Source: an uncultured Planctomycetota bacterium
GTDB taxonomy: Bacteria > Planctomycetota > Planctomycetia > Pirellulales > Lacipirellulaceae
Assembly: GCA_963719315.1 (NCBI GenBank)
Contig: CAVRBU010000011.1
Location: forward strand, 1 to 64,000
Reading direction: 5' to 3'
DNA: 64,000 nt
Shown: positions 20,068 to 30,380 of the stretch, piece by piece
How the letters are laid out: every line of letters starts with the position of its first letter
How positions within the stretch are numbered: position 1 is the first letter of the stretch
Translations under genes and position numbers: made by a program
Notes under the pieces: generated by a model
Seen by the model: only the letters and a program-made list of their open reading frames with translations
Database searches by the model: none
What the model was told of the DNA's origin: nothing

Positions 20068-21109
20068 ATGGCCTACGCACGCTGGATTTTTCTACTTGGG
20101 CTGATTCCGGGCATCGCATGTGGTTCCGAACCGCCTCGGACTGCAATTTCTGTCGGCAGCGAGTTTGCCGCGGCCGACACGTTGCAGTGCGGCGAAGAGG
20201 CCGACGCGGATGCCAAGGAATGTCTTGCCGGGCTGTCGTGGCAGCCGGCGAAATTCACCGTTCGACTAGAAGCCGCCGGACCTGGTTACGGAGATTACCT
20301 GGTTCGATTTCCTTCGCCGCGACCGAATGGAAATAGCATCAACGACCTGGTTGCCATGGAATGGTACGCTGCCCGCGACGGCGCAAATGAGATCGAAAAA
20401 GCGCCGGCGATCGTAGTCGTGCACGAATCGGGAAGCCGAATGACGGTCGGGCGGCTCATCGCCCGCGGTCTCAGTGGGCAGGGCTTACACGCGTTTTTGC
20501 TGCATCTGCCCGGTTACGGAGTCCGCCGCGCCCCGGGACGCCCGCAGATCGATCAATCTCTTTCACTGCAACAGGCGATCGACGATGTCCGTCGCGCGAG
20601 ACGCAGTCGTCGCGTTGCCCGTCGTCGATCGCTCCGTCGTCGGCGTGCAGGGAACGAGTCTGGGAGGGTTCGTCACCGCGACGGCTGCCGGACTGGACCA
20701 CGGTTACGATCGCGTGTTCATCTTCATGGCCGGTGGCAACTTGGAAGAGGTCGTGCTGCACGGCGCCAGGGACGCCGCGAAGGTGCATGAGAAGCTGAAG
20801 GCCGCGGGCATCACCGATGAGCAAATCAAGGAGTTCGCCCACCAGGTGGAGCCTCTGCGACTCGCCCATCGAATCAACCCCGCGACAACCTGGCTCTACA
20901 CGGGTAAGTTCGATAATGTGTGCCCGCCCGCGTGTTCGCTGGCGCTCGCGAAAGCGGCGCACTTAACGGTTGACCATCACATCGAATTCCCGTCCGACCA
21001 CTATTCGGGAATCATCTATATGCCGCAGGTCGTCGGGCAAATCCGTCAGCGAATGGTCGAGCCGCTGGTCGAGAGCCATGCACAAGAGCCTGCGCACGCA
21101 GTTCCATAA
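20068..21109 (+). CDS. Secreted alpha/beta hydrolase, frameshifted near 20595
   Basis: The joined ORFs give HLPGYG and the GTSLGG nucleophile motif, with Asp and His downstream. Confidence 0.75.
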
Positions 21110-21114
21110 ATGGA

Positions 21115-21970
21115 TCACCGCACGCTGGTCGGCGTCGCGATCAATTCGTCGCCCGTGCCTCGCGAAAGATTTGCCGCCAAAACATGCGGATCGTGCGAAA
21201 ACAGGGCCAGGCGGTGGTGGTCCACGATATCGTTCATAATAACCGGCTTGATGCGCCGGACATCGAGCGGAAACTGGTCGTAAGCCATCGTCCAGAATGT
21301 CGGCAGGTGAGCGCTAGTCGGGCAGATATCGGCGAGGAGCACCGCCGACTCGCCGGCCGATTCAATCCGGACGATTTGATGGCCCCGGGTGTGGCCGCCG
21401 GTGAGCTGTGCGGTTACCCCCGTGGTGATTTCGGCGTCGCCCTCGACGAGTTCCACTAGCCCCGCATCTTCGAGCGGTTTGAAGTCGTCGCGAAAGTACG
21501 CCCCGGCGAGCTCAGGAATCCTGCCATTTGCATCCGTCCATTCGGCCCGCTGGATGAAATGCCGAGCCCGCGGAAACGCGGGACACAATCGGCCAGCATC
21601 ATCGCGGCGGGTCGCGCCTCCGGCGTGGTCGAAATGCAGATGGGTCAGAATCACCCAGTCGATTTCATCTGGCGACACGCCAACGGCCGCAAGGTTTCGC
21701 ACGAGTGGGTCTCCCTCTTCCAGAGCGTGCCGTTGCCGAAGTTTGGGCGGCGCCTTGCCGCCGTAGCCAGTGTCGATCAACCCGAGCGAATTCGGCGCGC
21801 GGACCAGCGCAGTTTGTGTCGAGACGGATGCGATGCTGCGCGTCGGGAGGTGACACTTTTTCCCACATCAGGCGCGGGATGACGCCGAACATGTTGCCGC
21901 CGTCGATCCAGAGTTGTCCGCCACTGACGAATGTCAGCTCGATGTCGCCGATTGTCATGGGTTCGCTCAT
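21115..21970 (-). CDS. MBL-fold metallo-hydrolase (YtnP-like), frameshifted near 21800
   Basis: [37 protein letters not shown]. Confidence 0.88.
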
Positions 21971-23146
21971 CGCGGCTGTTTTCGCTCGACGAGCATCGCC
22001 ACCGCGTTCCCTCCGCCCAAGCAGAGCGCGGCCAGGCCGAGCCGCCCGCCGCGGCGCTCCAGCGCATGGAGCAGCGTGACGAGTACCCGCGCGCCGCTGG
22101 CCCCGATGGGATGGCCGAGTGCGATCGCGCCGCCCTGGACGTTCACTCGGTCCGGCGGCAACTGGAGTTGCCGAATACACGCGAGCATTTGTACGGCGAA
22201 TGCCTCATTGATTTCGAACAAATCAACGTCATTGAGCGATCGCCCGGCTTTGGCAACGACCTTGCGAATCGCTTCCACGGGTGCCGTGAAAACATCTTGC
22301 GGTTCGCTGCCCGACGTGGCAGTCGCGACAATTCGCGCGAGTGGTTGTAGGCCAAAGCGCGCTACTGCCGCTTCGGATCCGACCACAACCGCCGCTGCGC
22401 CGTCACTGATCAGCGACGAATTGCCGGCCGTGACCGTGCCGTCGCTGCGAAACGTCGGCGAAAGTTTGGCCAGTCGCTCCAGGCTTGTGTCGCGGCGCGG
22501 GCCTTCGTCCTGCGAAACAATCCGCTCATCCGATCCGTTTAGCACGGTTACCGGCACGATCTCGTCTTTGAATGCCCCGGCGTCGATGGCCTCGACGGTT
22601 CGCCGATGACTTTCCAGCGCATACCGATCCTGGTCGGCGCGAGATGTCGAGCCGCCGCGCCAGATCGTCGGCAATCTGCCCCATCGACAGGTTGCTGAAT
22701 GGACATGTCAGCCCATCGTGAAGCATGGAATCAACCATCGGTCGCTCGCCTGTCATCGGCGCTTCTCGTGGCGACACGTAGCCGGCCTGACTCATGCTCT
22801 CCATTCCGCCGGCGACGACCAGTTCAACGTCCCCGCAGCGCACACCCTGCGCGGCGAGCATCACGGCTTTTAAGCCGGAGCCGCACACTTTGTTGATCGT
22901 GAGCGCCGCGACCGTTGGTGGAAGCCCTGCACCGAGCGCCGCCTGCCGCGCGGGGGCCTGGCCGACGCCGGCCGAGAGCACGTTGCCCAAAATGACTTCG
23001 TCGATATCGGCCGGTTCCACGCCCGCCCTGGCCACGGCCTCGCGGACCGCGATTGCACCCAGCTCCGCCACCGGCAGCGACGAAAGGGCCCCGGGAAACT
23101 TGCCGAGCTGCGTGCGGCACGCGGATAATAGATAGGCATCGGGCAT
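21967..23146 (-). CDS. Acetyl-CoA C-acyltransferase (thiolase), frameshifted near 22645
   Basis: [33 protein letters not shown]. Confidence 0.92.
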
Positions 23147-23168
23147 GAGATGACTTGTCTTGTAATTT

Positions 23169-23241
23169 GGGTGCCACTGGCTTTGCCAGTGCTCTGCTTG
23201 TACTTCAACGGAAATAAGCACTGGCAGAGCCAGTGGCACCC
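23169..23241. repeat. REP doublet (GGGTGCCACTGGC...GCCAGTGCT and its inverse)
   Basis: Inverted pair at 23169-23193 and 23217-23241, each internally palindromic. Confidence 0.85.
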
Positions 23242-23316
23242 AATGCAGTGAAACGATCCTTGGAATTCTACGCAACCAATGCGATCTTGGTCTGGCCTCG
23301 TGAATTAAGTTATACA

Positions 23317-23633
23317 CTCAAACTGAAATGACGAACCGCCAAGGTCGCCAAGAACGCCAAGGAATACAGAGAGAGAGATCAACTTGGCATGCAGTGTATC
23401 TGTGAGAGGCCGTACCGGGTGCAGGAACGCTATTCGACTGCCACGGCGGTAAGGAACCGTGGGCTAGCGCCCAGCGGCTGATTTCATCAGCCGGAACGCG
23501 CTAGCGTCCGGTTCCTGGGGACGCGATTCCGATTAGTGTTCCTGCACCCGGCCGTACCGGCAGTCTCTCGCGTTGTAATCGCAATAAGCGAGGATTTGGC
23601 GCTCTTGGCGTGCTTGGCGGTTTTCACTTTGAG
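23317..23633. mobile_element. MITE family A copy 1 (CTCAAA-TGAAA ends, GCCAAG arrays, 7-bp TSD TTATACA) containing a nested MITE
   Basis: TTATACA at 23310-23316 and 23634-23640; homologous to 25451-25614 and 61219-61518. Confidence 0.85.
23417..23549. mobile_element. Nested MITE B (TIR GGGTGCAGGAAC, 9-bp TSD GGCCGTACC) carrying a REP-like palindrome
   Basis: TIRs match at 18/20 positions; TSD at 23408-23416 and 23550-23558; the segment is absent from the paralogous MITE at 25451. Confidence 0.88.
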
Positions 23634-23689
23634 TTATACAGTAGCGCGCGGTCGGCGTAGAATTGCGATGAACAGGTGGCGTCAATTCC

Positions 23690-25391
23690 ATGGCAAATGT
23701 CAGTCCACGCTCCGATCAGACTGCCCCGTGGGTCGAAGGACTCACGATCGGGCAGGCCCTGCGGGAAACGGCCCGGCGGCACCCCGACAGCGATGCCTTC
23801 GTCTTCTGCAACCCGCCGGCACGGATGACGTGGTTGGAGTTCGACGCGGCCGTCGATCGGGTCGCCCGGGCGTTGCTGGCGCTCGGGCTCGCGCCGGGCG
23901 ATCACTTCGGCGTCTGGGCAACGAACGTGCCGGAGTGGGTGCTGCTGCAATTCGCAACCGCGCGGGCCGGCGTGGTGCTCGTCAACATCAATCCGGCCTA
24001 CCGAACCCACGAGCTGAAATACGCGCTGCGGCAGTCCGATGTCCGCGGCCTCGCGCTGGTGGATACGTTTAAGTCGTCGAATTATTTCGCCATGCTCAAC
24101 GAAGCGTGCCCGGAACTTGCGGCGACGAAGCCGGGCGAACTTTGCAGCGAAGCGGTTCCCAAGTTGCAATGGCTGGTGTCGCTGCGCGGCGAGACGCCCA
24201 GCGGCGCACTGAGTTGGCGGGAATTCTTGGCGCGAGCCGAGGACTTGTCGCAAAACGCACTGGATGCTGCGGCCGCCCGCTTCGGCCCGCTCGACCCGAT
24301 CAATATTCAATACACGTCCGGCACGACAGGCAATCCCAAAGGCGCGACGCTTTCGCATCGCAACATCCTGCTCAACGGATTTTACGCCGGCCAATCGCAG
24401 CAGCTCGATCACACAGATCGAGTCTGTATTCCCGTGCCGCTATACCACTGTTTTGGCTGCGTGCTGGGCACGTTGTGTTGCGTGGCGCACGGCGCCGCGA
24501 TGGTGTTTCCGGCCGAAGGCTTTCAACCCGGCGCGACGCTCGCCGCGATCGAACTGGAGCGCTGCACCGCGATCTACGGCGTGCCCACGATGTTCATCGC
24601 CCAGTTCGAGCACGAGGATTTTCCGCGGCGCGACTTGTCGTCGCTGCGGACGGGCATCATGGCGGGCAGCCCGTGTCCCATCGAAACGATGAAACGCGTC
24701 ACGCAGGAGATGGGCGCTCGCGAGATCACGATCGGCTATGGCCAGACCGAGGCCTCGCCGCTGATTACGCAGACCCGCACCGATGATCCGATCGAGCTTC
24801 GCGTGGGCACGGTCGGCCGGCCGCTGCTAGGCTTCGAGGCCAAGATCGTCGATCCAGAGACTGGCGCAGGACTTGGGCGACGACCAGATCGGCGAAATGT
24901 GTGGACGCGGGCATGGCGTTATGATCGGCTATTACAACATGCCGAAGGAAACGGCCAAAGCGATCGACGCTGATGGCTGGCTGCACACGGGCGACCTCGC
25001 CCTCCGCCAGCCGAACGGTTATTACCGCATCACGGGCCGCCTCCACGACATGATCATTCGCGGTGGCGAAAACGTTTATCCCCGCGAAATCGAAGAGCGG
25101 TTGTACCAGCACCCAGCGGTGATCGAAGTTCAAGTCGTCGGCGTGCCGGATCGCCGGTTGGGGGAAGAAGTGTTGGCGTGGGTCAAGCTCAAGAACGGAC
25201 ACTGCGTGACGGAAGCAGAGCTTTGTGCGTTCTGCCGCGAAACGCTGGCCCACTTCAAAGCGCCCCGCTATTGGAAGTTCGTGGAGAGTTTTCCAACGAC
25301 GGTCACGGGAAAAATTCAAAAGTTCAAAATCCGCGAGCAAGCGATAGAAGATCTCGGCTTGCAGGACGTGGCCAAAATCGAAACGGCGTGA
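23690..25391 (+). CDS. AMP-binding acyl-CoA synthetase (YngI/ACSF2-like), frameshifted near 24870
   Basis: YTSGTTGNPKG, PLYHCFG, YGQTEASP, GWLHTGD, RGGENVYPREIE, TGKIQK. Confidence 0.92.
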
Positions 25392-25450
25392 ATTGGATTC
25401 TTAAAGGAGAAGTTTCACGCACAGGCGCGGAGGACGCGGAAGCAAACTAA

Positions 25451-25614
25451 CTCAAACTGAAAAGACGAACCGCCAAGAACGCCAAGGAATACAGAGAGAA
25501 ATCAACTTGGCTTGCAGTTAGTCTGTTAAAGACTGTCCCGGCAGTCTATCGCGTTTCAATCGTAATAAATGAAGACTTGGCGCTCTTGGCGTGCTTGGCG
25601 GTTTTCACTTTGAG
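25451..25614. mobile_element. MITE family A copy 2 (no nested insert), inserted into a REP-like palindrome
   Basis: Same ends as 23317-23633; TSD AAACTAA/AAACTAG; flanking arms CAGGCGCGG and CCGCGCCTCTG. Confidence 0.8.
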
Positions 25615-25663
25615 AAACTAGCAATACGATCTTTGCGACCCCCGCGCCTCTGCATGAGTTCCT

Positions 25664-26428
25664 ATGAAACTAGATAAAACGACCATCTTGGTCACCGGCG
25701 GCAGCTCCGGGTTAGGGGCAGCCTGTGTTGAAGCGATCGCGAGACGAGGAGCTAATGTGATCGTCGCCGATTTGGCTCAGCCACGAGACAGCGCGATCGA
25801 AGAATTCGCTGACCGCACACTATTCGTTGCCACCGATGTCACCAACGAAGACGCAGTGCGCTCCGCGATTGCGGCGGGCGAGAAACAATTCGGACCGCTA
25901 CGCGGCGTCGTGACCTGCGCCGGTGTGCTGCATGCCGAGCGTGTGTTGGGTCGCAGCGGTGTGGCGTCGCTCGAAGCGTTTCGCCGTGTGATCGACATCA
26001 ATCTCAATGGCACGTTCAACGCCGTGCGACTCGCGGCCGAGGCAATCGCTCGGAACGAACCGCTGGAGGACGACCTGCGCGGTGTCGCGGTGATGACGTC
26101 GTCGATCTCCGCGTTCGAGGGGCAAATTGGCCAGGCAGCCTATTCTGCATCGAAAGGCGGCGTAGCGGCGCTTACGCTGCCGCTCGCGCGGGAGTTCGGT
26201 TCGCACGGCATCCGCGTCGTCTCGATCGCACCGGGCGTCTTCGACACGCCGATGATGCAAGCCGCCCCCGACAAGGTGCGGCAATCGCTCGCAGATCAGA
26301 TCCCGTTCCCTCACCGCTTGGGTCAGGCCGAAGAGTTTGCGTCGCTAGTCTGCCACGTCTTCGAGAACAACATGCTCAACGGCTGCGTGCTGCGCCTGGA
26401 CGGCGCTCTTCGCATGGGAGCGAAGTAG
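25664..26428 (+). CDS. SDR-family 3-hydroxyacyl-CoA dehydrogenase (HSD10 type)
   Basis: TGGSSGLG, GQIGQAAYSASKGG, IAPGVFDTP, RLDGALRM. Confidence 0.92.
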   Translation: MKLDKTTILVTGGSSGLGAACVEAIARRGANVIVADLAQPRDSAIEEFADRTLFVATDVTNEDAVRSAIAAGEKQFGPLRGVVTCAGVLHAERVLGRSGVASLEAFRRVIDINLNGTFNAVRLAAEAIARNEPLEDDLRGVAVMTSSISAFEGQIGQAAYSASKGGVAALTLPLAREFGSHGIRVVSIAPGVFDTPMMQAAPDKVRQSLADQIPFPHRLGQAEEFASLVCHVFENNMLNGCVLRLDGALRMGAK

Positions 26429-26530
26429 GAATGTAGATCCGTCGTAGTCGGCGAACGTGACACTTTTGGATAGTCGGGCCAGTAAATCAGACAGTGGACG
26501 GTAAAATGTTCCAGGAGGCCTTTACGGGTG

Positions 26531-27023
26531 CGCCGGGTGCCACTCGCCGCGGCGAGTGCTCATCTTGCCAAACCCTTGCGGCCCACAGCTTGATTCCAGT
26601 TCTCTAGCAACTTGAGCAACGGACCACGGGCGGCAGTGATTCGATTCTTCGATAGGAAGTGGTCGAGTGCAAGCTGGTACTTGGTCAACTCACCCGGAAA
26701 ACAATTCGCGGACCTTCCCTTCATTTACGCACCTGCCAGTTGGAGCACTCGACCGATGAATGATCCACAACAAGCACTCGCCGCGGCGAGTGGCACCCGG
26801 CGAGTGGCGCGCGTAAGTTGACCGGGCAGCGAATGGATCGGTTACTGCATCTGGGTGCTACCCACGGTTCGCGGAGCCTTTTTCGAACGTGGACCCAAAG
26901 GATTCTTGAGGCAGTAGGAACAAACGGAATTCTAACGTATCGGACGGTCGGCAGACTCCGCTTGGACGCAGCATCGGCTTTCTGCATGAGCACGCTCGAC
27001 GCACCGTTCAGTCCAACCGGCGG
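26531..27023. repeat. About 490 bp repeat 'A' copy 1, containing a REP doublet (30-bp IRs at 26531-26560 and 26773-26802)
   Basis: Near-identical direct copy at 36659-37151. Confidence 0.92.
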
Positions 27024-27418
27024 GTGCAGCCCCGGATTCTGGATGCACATGTCGGTTCGTCATGGGTCACGAACGCAGCCTTCGGCACGCGGCCAAAAGC
27101 CACCCCAGCGCCATCGGTTGGACCACAGATTTTGCTTGCCTGATCTGGGGGCGGTGGAAACCACCGCTGCGGCGAGCGACTATGCCCTCGTGCTGGAAGG
27201 TGATGCAACCGCTAGCGCGAAGAAAAAGCTGTTCAAGCCATCGGTCTGCGCGACCGCTGCGGATTGACGACATCGATCCCAAACCGGAAAACGGCTTGAT
27301 GGCATGTGTCACCCATCACGGCTTTTTGGCTCAAACCAGTTTGCTGACTCTCGAATATGCGTAGGTGTGTCGGGTCTCTGCGCGTCAGCACGCACTCCGA
27401 TTTGTCTTCACACGTAAT

Positions 27419-28174
27419 TCAGTGGAGCCACTCGGTGAACCGCGTTCGAGACCACGTCTTCGAGCGCCGGGTGACAATTGGCTCTGGAAGTTCTTGAGCC
27501 TTCTGGACAACGAGCCACCCATCCGAAAACACGATCGTTCGGGTTCGGCCCCGGCGAGTTATCCAGCGGAACACCCCATGTTCTTGACACGTTCTCGCCA
27601 AATCCAGTGTCATTTGCACATCTCCGGCAATGTAGTCGAGCACTCTCTTATGTTGCCGCTTTGCCCACAATTGTGGAATGATCGCCCCAGTTACACCCTC
27701 CGATTTACCCGGAAGCCTCATGCCTCTTGCCGCAGCATCCAGGCTTACTCCATAACCGAGAAGGCAAAGAACGTGAAACATCATGTCCAAGTGACCTAGA
27801 GCCAAGCTCCTGCATTCGTCTAGAAGTCCAGATTCCTCGGCAAGGATGTCGAAGTCGAATCCCAAGCCGTTCCAAGAAACAACTGTGTATCCACGTTTGG
27901 TCTGGGTCGCCAGATGCCGAACAAGCCTTTTCGCATCTCGCTTGGTCATTAGGCAAGCTGGACGACCGCCAGGCGTTACACCATGCCAGAAATCCGGCCC
28001 GTCACTATCGCTGGCAAGTGTCGCTGCGCAAGAGATTCCTAATGGACGATCTATCTTCCAATTCGGTCGATCAGTTGGCAGGGCTTTCGCGGTCTCTAGA
28101 TCGAAGGCAAGGAACCTACGTGTCGGCGGGAGCTCGTCCACCAAATAACAGTGAGGATGTTTCTCTCCGGACAT
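27419..28174 (-). CDS. RNase H-like / DEDD 3'-5' exonuclease (RNase_H_2/YprB-like)
   Basis: FDLET, SWNGLGFDF, HLDM, SLDAAA, YIAGDV. Confidence 0.85.
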   Translation of the reverse strand: MSGEKHPHCYLVDELPPTRRFLAFDLETAKALPTDRPNWKIDRPLGISCAATLASDSDGPDFWHGVTPGGRPACLMTKRDAKRLVRHLATQTKRGYTVVSWNGLGFDFDILAEESGLLDECRSLALGHLDMMFHVLCLLGYGVSLDAAARGMRLPGKSEGVTGAIIPQLWAKRQHKRVLDYIAGDVQMTLDLARTCQEHGVFRWITRRGRTRTIVFSDGWLVVQKAQELPEPIVTRRSKTWSRTRFTEWLH

Positions 28175-28378
28175 CTGCACACCTTGCGAAGGTGAAGTTA
28201 CACCCCACCGATTATCAGACTTGGACACATGACTCGCCAACCAAGGTCATAATAATATACTACGCACGTGTTTCACCATTCCAGCGGAACGAGTAATGGT
28301 CGGCCGTCAAGCGTTCACACTCCAACTGGCAAAGCCTTGGAGCTCGGCGACTAACGGACGTGACGTAACCGACGAACC

Positions 28379-29607
28379 ATGAAGAGACCGACAATACCCA
28401 AAAAGAAAGCAGCCGCACCATCCCGCCGCTGCCCATACTGCGGGAAGTCGATTCACCCGAGTAAGAAGACCTGTCCGCGCTGCACTGTCACGATCACGGC
28501 AGCGACAAAGAGGACAGTGTCGAAGAAAAGGGCTGCCGCTGAGATCGAGTTGACGGAAAAACACATTTCCACCATTAAGGACGCTGCGCAAGTTGACGGG
28601 AACGACGAGAAGGACCTTTCAAGCCCAAGTGACCCTGGACTACCTCGACGGTAGGCCTCGCCGGGCAGAACGTGTGTTTGGCTGGGGACGCGAAACAGTG
28701 GAACTGGGATTACACGAGCTACACACAGGTATCACTTGCTTGCCGAATTATTCGGCCGTAGGCAAAAGCCCACATCTCACAAACGCGCAACTCGATGAGT
28801 TGGAGCAGTTACTCTTGCAGGGCGCAACCGCTCACGGTTGGATAAACGACTTGTGGACATATAATCGCGTTGCCAAAGTTATCCGACAGCAATTCGGTAT
28901 GACCCTCAGCTACAAGACCGTGCAACGTGCCATGAAGAGCCGGATGGGCTGGAGTTGTCAGATGCCACAGCAGCAATTGAAGGAACGCGACGAGGAGGAG
29001 ATAAGGCGTTGGAAGACCGAGGAATTTGACCGCGTCAAGAGCGAGGCCTACGAAAGGAATGCTTATCTTGCATTCGCCGACGAGTCGGGGTTTATGCTTG
29101 CACCAACCCGACGCCGGACACTTGCTCCTCGTGGGCGTGCGCCACTGAATTAACGTCACGGACCCACATGGTCGCATATCAACGATCGCTGCCATTGTAT
29201 TTAGTCCGATACGCAGACAACCCTGCCTGCTATTTCACCTCTTGCCCGACAACACCAATTTCAATGGATCTATGACTGTAGAGTTCCTTCGTCAGATACA
29301 AGCCCGTGTCCGGCGACCAGTGACGCTTGTATGGGACGCAGTACCGTTCCACTACTCGACCGTCGTGGCAAATTACGTGGAATCGCAATCTCGACTGCTT
29401 GTTGAAGAGTTTCCACCGTACGCCTCGGAACTAAACCCAGTTGATAATGTGTGGTCGTACATCAAATTTGGTCGGTTGGCGAATTACGCCCCATTCGACT
29501 TGACGCAGCTCCGCGAGACGGTCATCACGGAACTACTGCGCGTTCAGAAGCGACCGGATTTGTTGCATGGGTTTCTTCGACGAACCGGACTTTCCCTCGA
29601 CGATTAG
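28379..29607 (+). mobile_element. IS630-like transposase with an N-terminal Zn-ribbon and an ISAzo13-like segment; two frameshifts (near 28590 and 29148)
   Basis: CPYC-x10-CPRC; RRAERVFGWGRETVELG; LWT...VIRQQFG winged HTH; FADESG, WDAVPFH, PPYASELNPVD. Confidence 0.8.
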
Positions 29608-30223
29608 GCGACGAAATCGAACCGCCATTTTTCGAAGCGATTGCGGAGCGGCAAGTGTGCTCAGGCCACATCGACCGCGTCGTCGAAGTAGCACAGCACC
29701 AAGGCAGAGAACCTTCGTTTCTTGTCGTACCTCGTTGCTGCCGGCATTTTGTCGTTTCCGTGAGACCGCAGTCTCGTATCGCCGTCCCGGAAGTCAAAAC
29801 GCCATCAAACGTTCACATTGGTGAAAATGGGACACGTATGTGGCGTCCTCGCGCCGCGATGAACAATTGCTCGCCACATCCAGGAGCGACCGTTAACGCG
29901 CATTGGTCAGACTCACGTTTGGCACACCGATGCGGATCAGTGAGTATCCTTAGTGCGTGAAGTTGGACAACCCGTTGTTCCGACCGTTCCGCCCAGCCTG
30001 ACTGCGGTGATAAAGACCTCCGCAGTAGCGTTATCACATTGACGGCGCTTTCGCCCTGGCAATCAAGGCCTCGCATCGGCTCTGCCCACGTGACAAATGT
30101 GACTGCCATGGGGATTTCAAGTAGGGAGTGAGAATTTATTTATGTGCAGACTTCATGCGCACCACCAACTGGTGGCTTTTTAAAAGGAGTCGGAAGAATC
30201 AGTCTTGGTTCGATGAGGATCAT

Positions 30224-30380
30224 CTCTGTCGCTTGGTGATCACGTTTCGCCGTACAGGTAATCCATAAGAGGGACGGCCCCAAACTGCCGTATCAGGCGG
30301 TGGTGATCCGACAGAGCGCCATGCACATTAAAGGCAGGAATGCCATAGGGCGTGAAGGCGGTGTCAATCCTCACACGAGT
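30224..30380 (-). ncRNA. Putative bridge/seek RNA of IS110 copy 1
   Basis: Two stem/internal-loop modules whose loop strands match the target and donor halves at the junctions. Confidence 0.8.

Noticed and set aside
23317..25614. GCCAAG and CTAATT short arrays as CRISPR repeats
   Set aside because: Units are 9-10 bp with no unique spacers, they are arranged as palindromes, and there are no cas genes.
26612..27364. ORFs inside and next to repeat A as real genes or RAYT remnants
   Set aside because: No HUH or other recognisable motif, and the ORF ends differ between the two copies.
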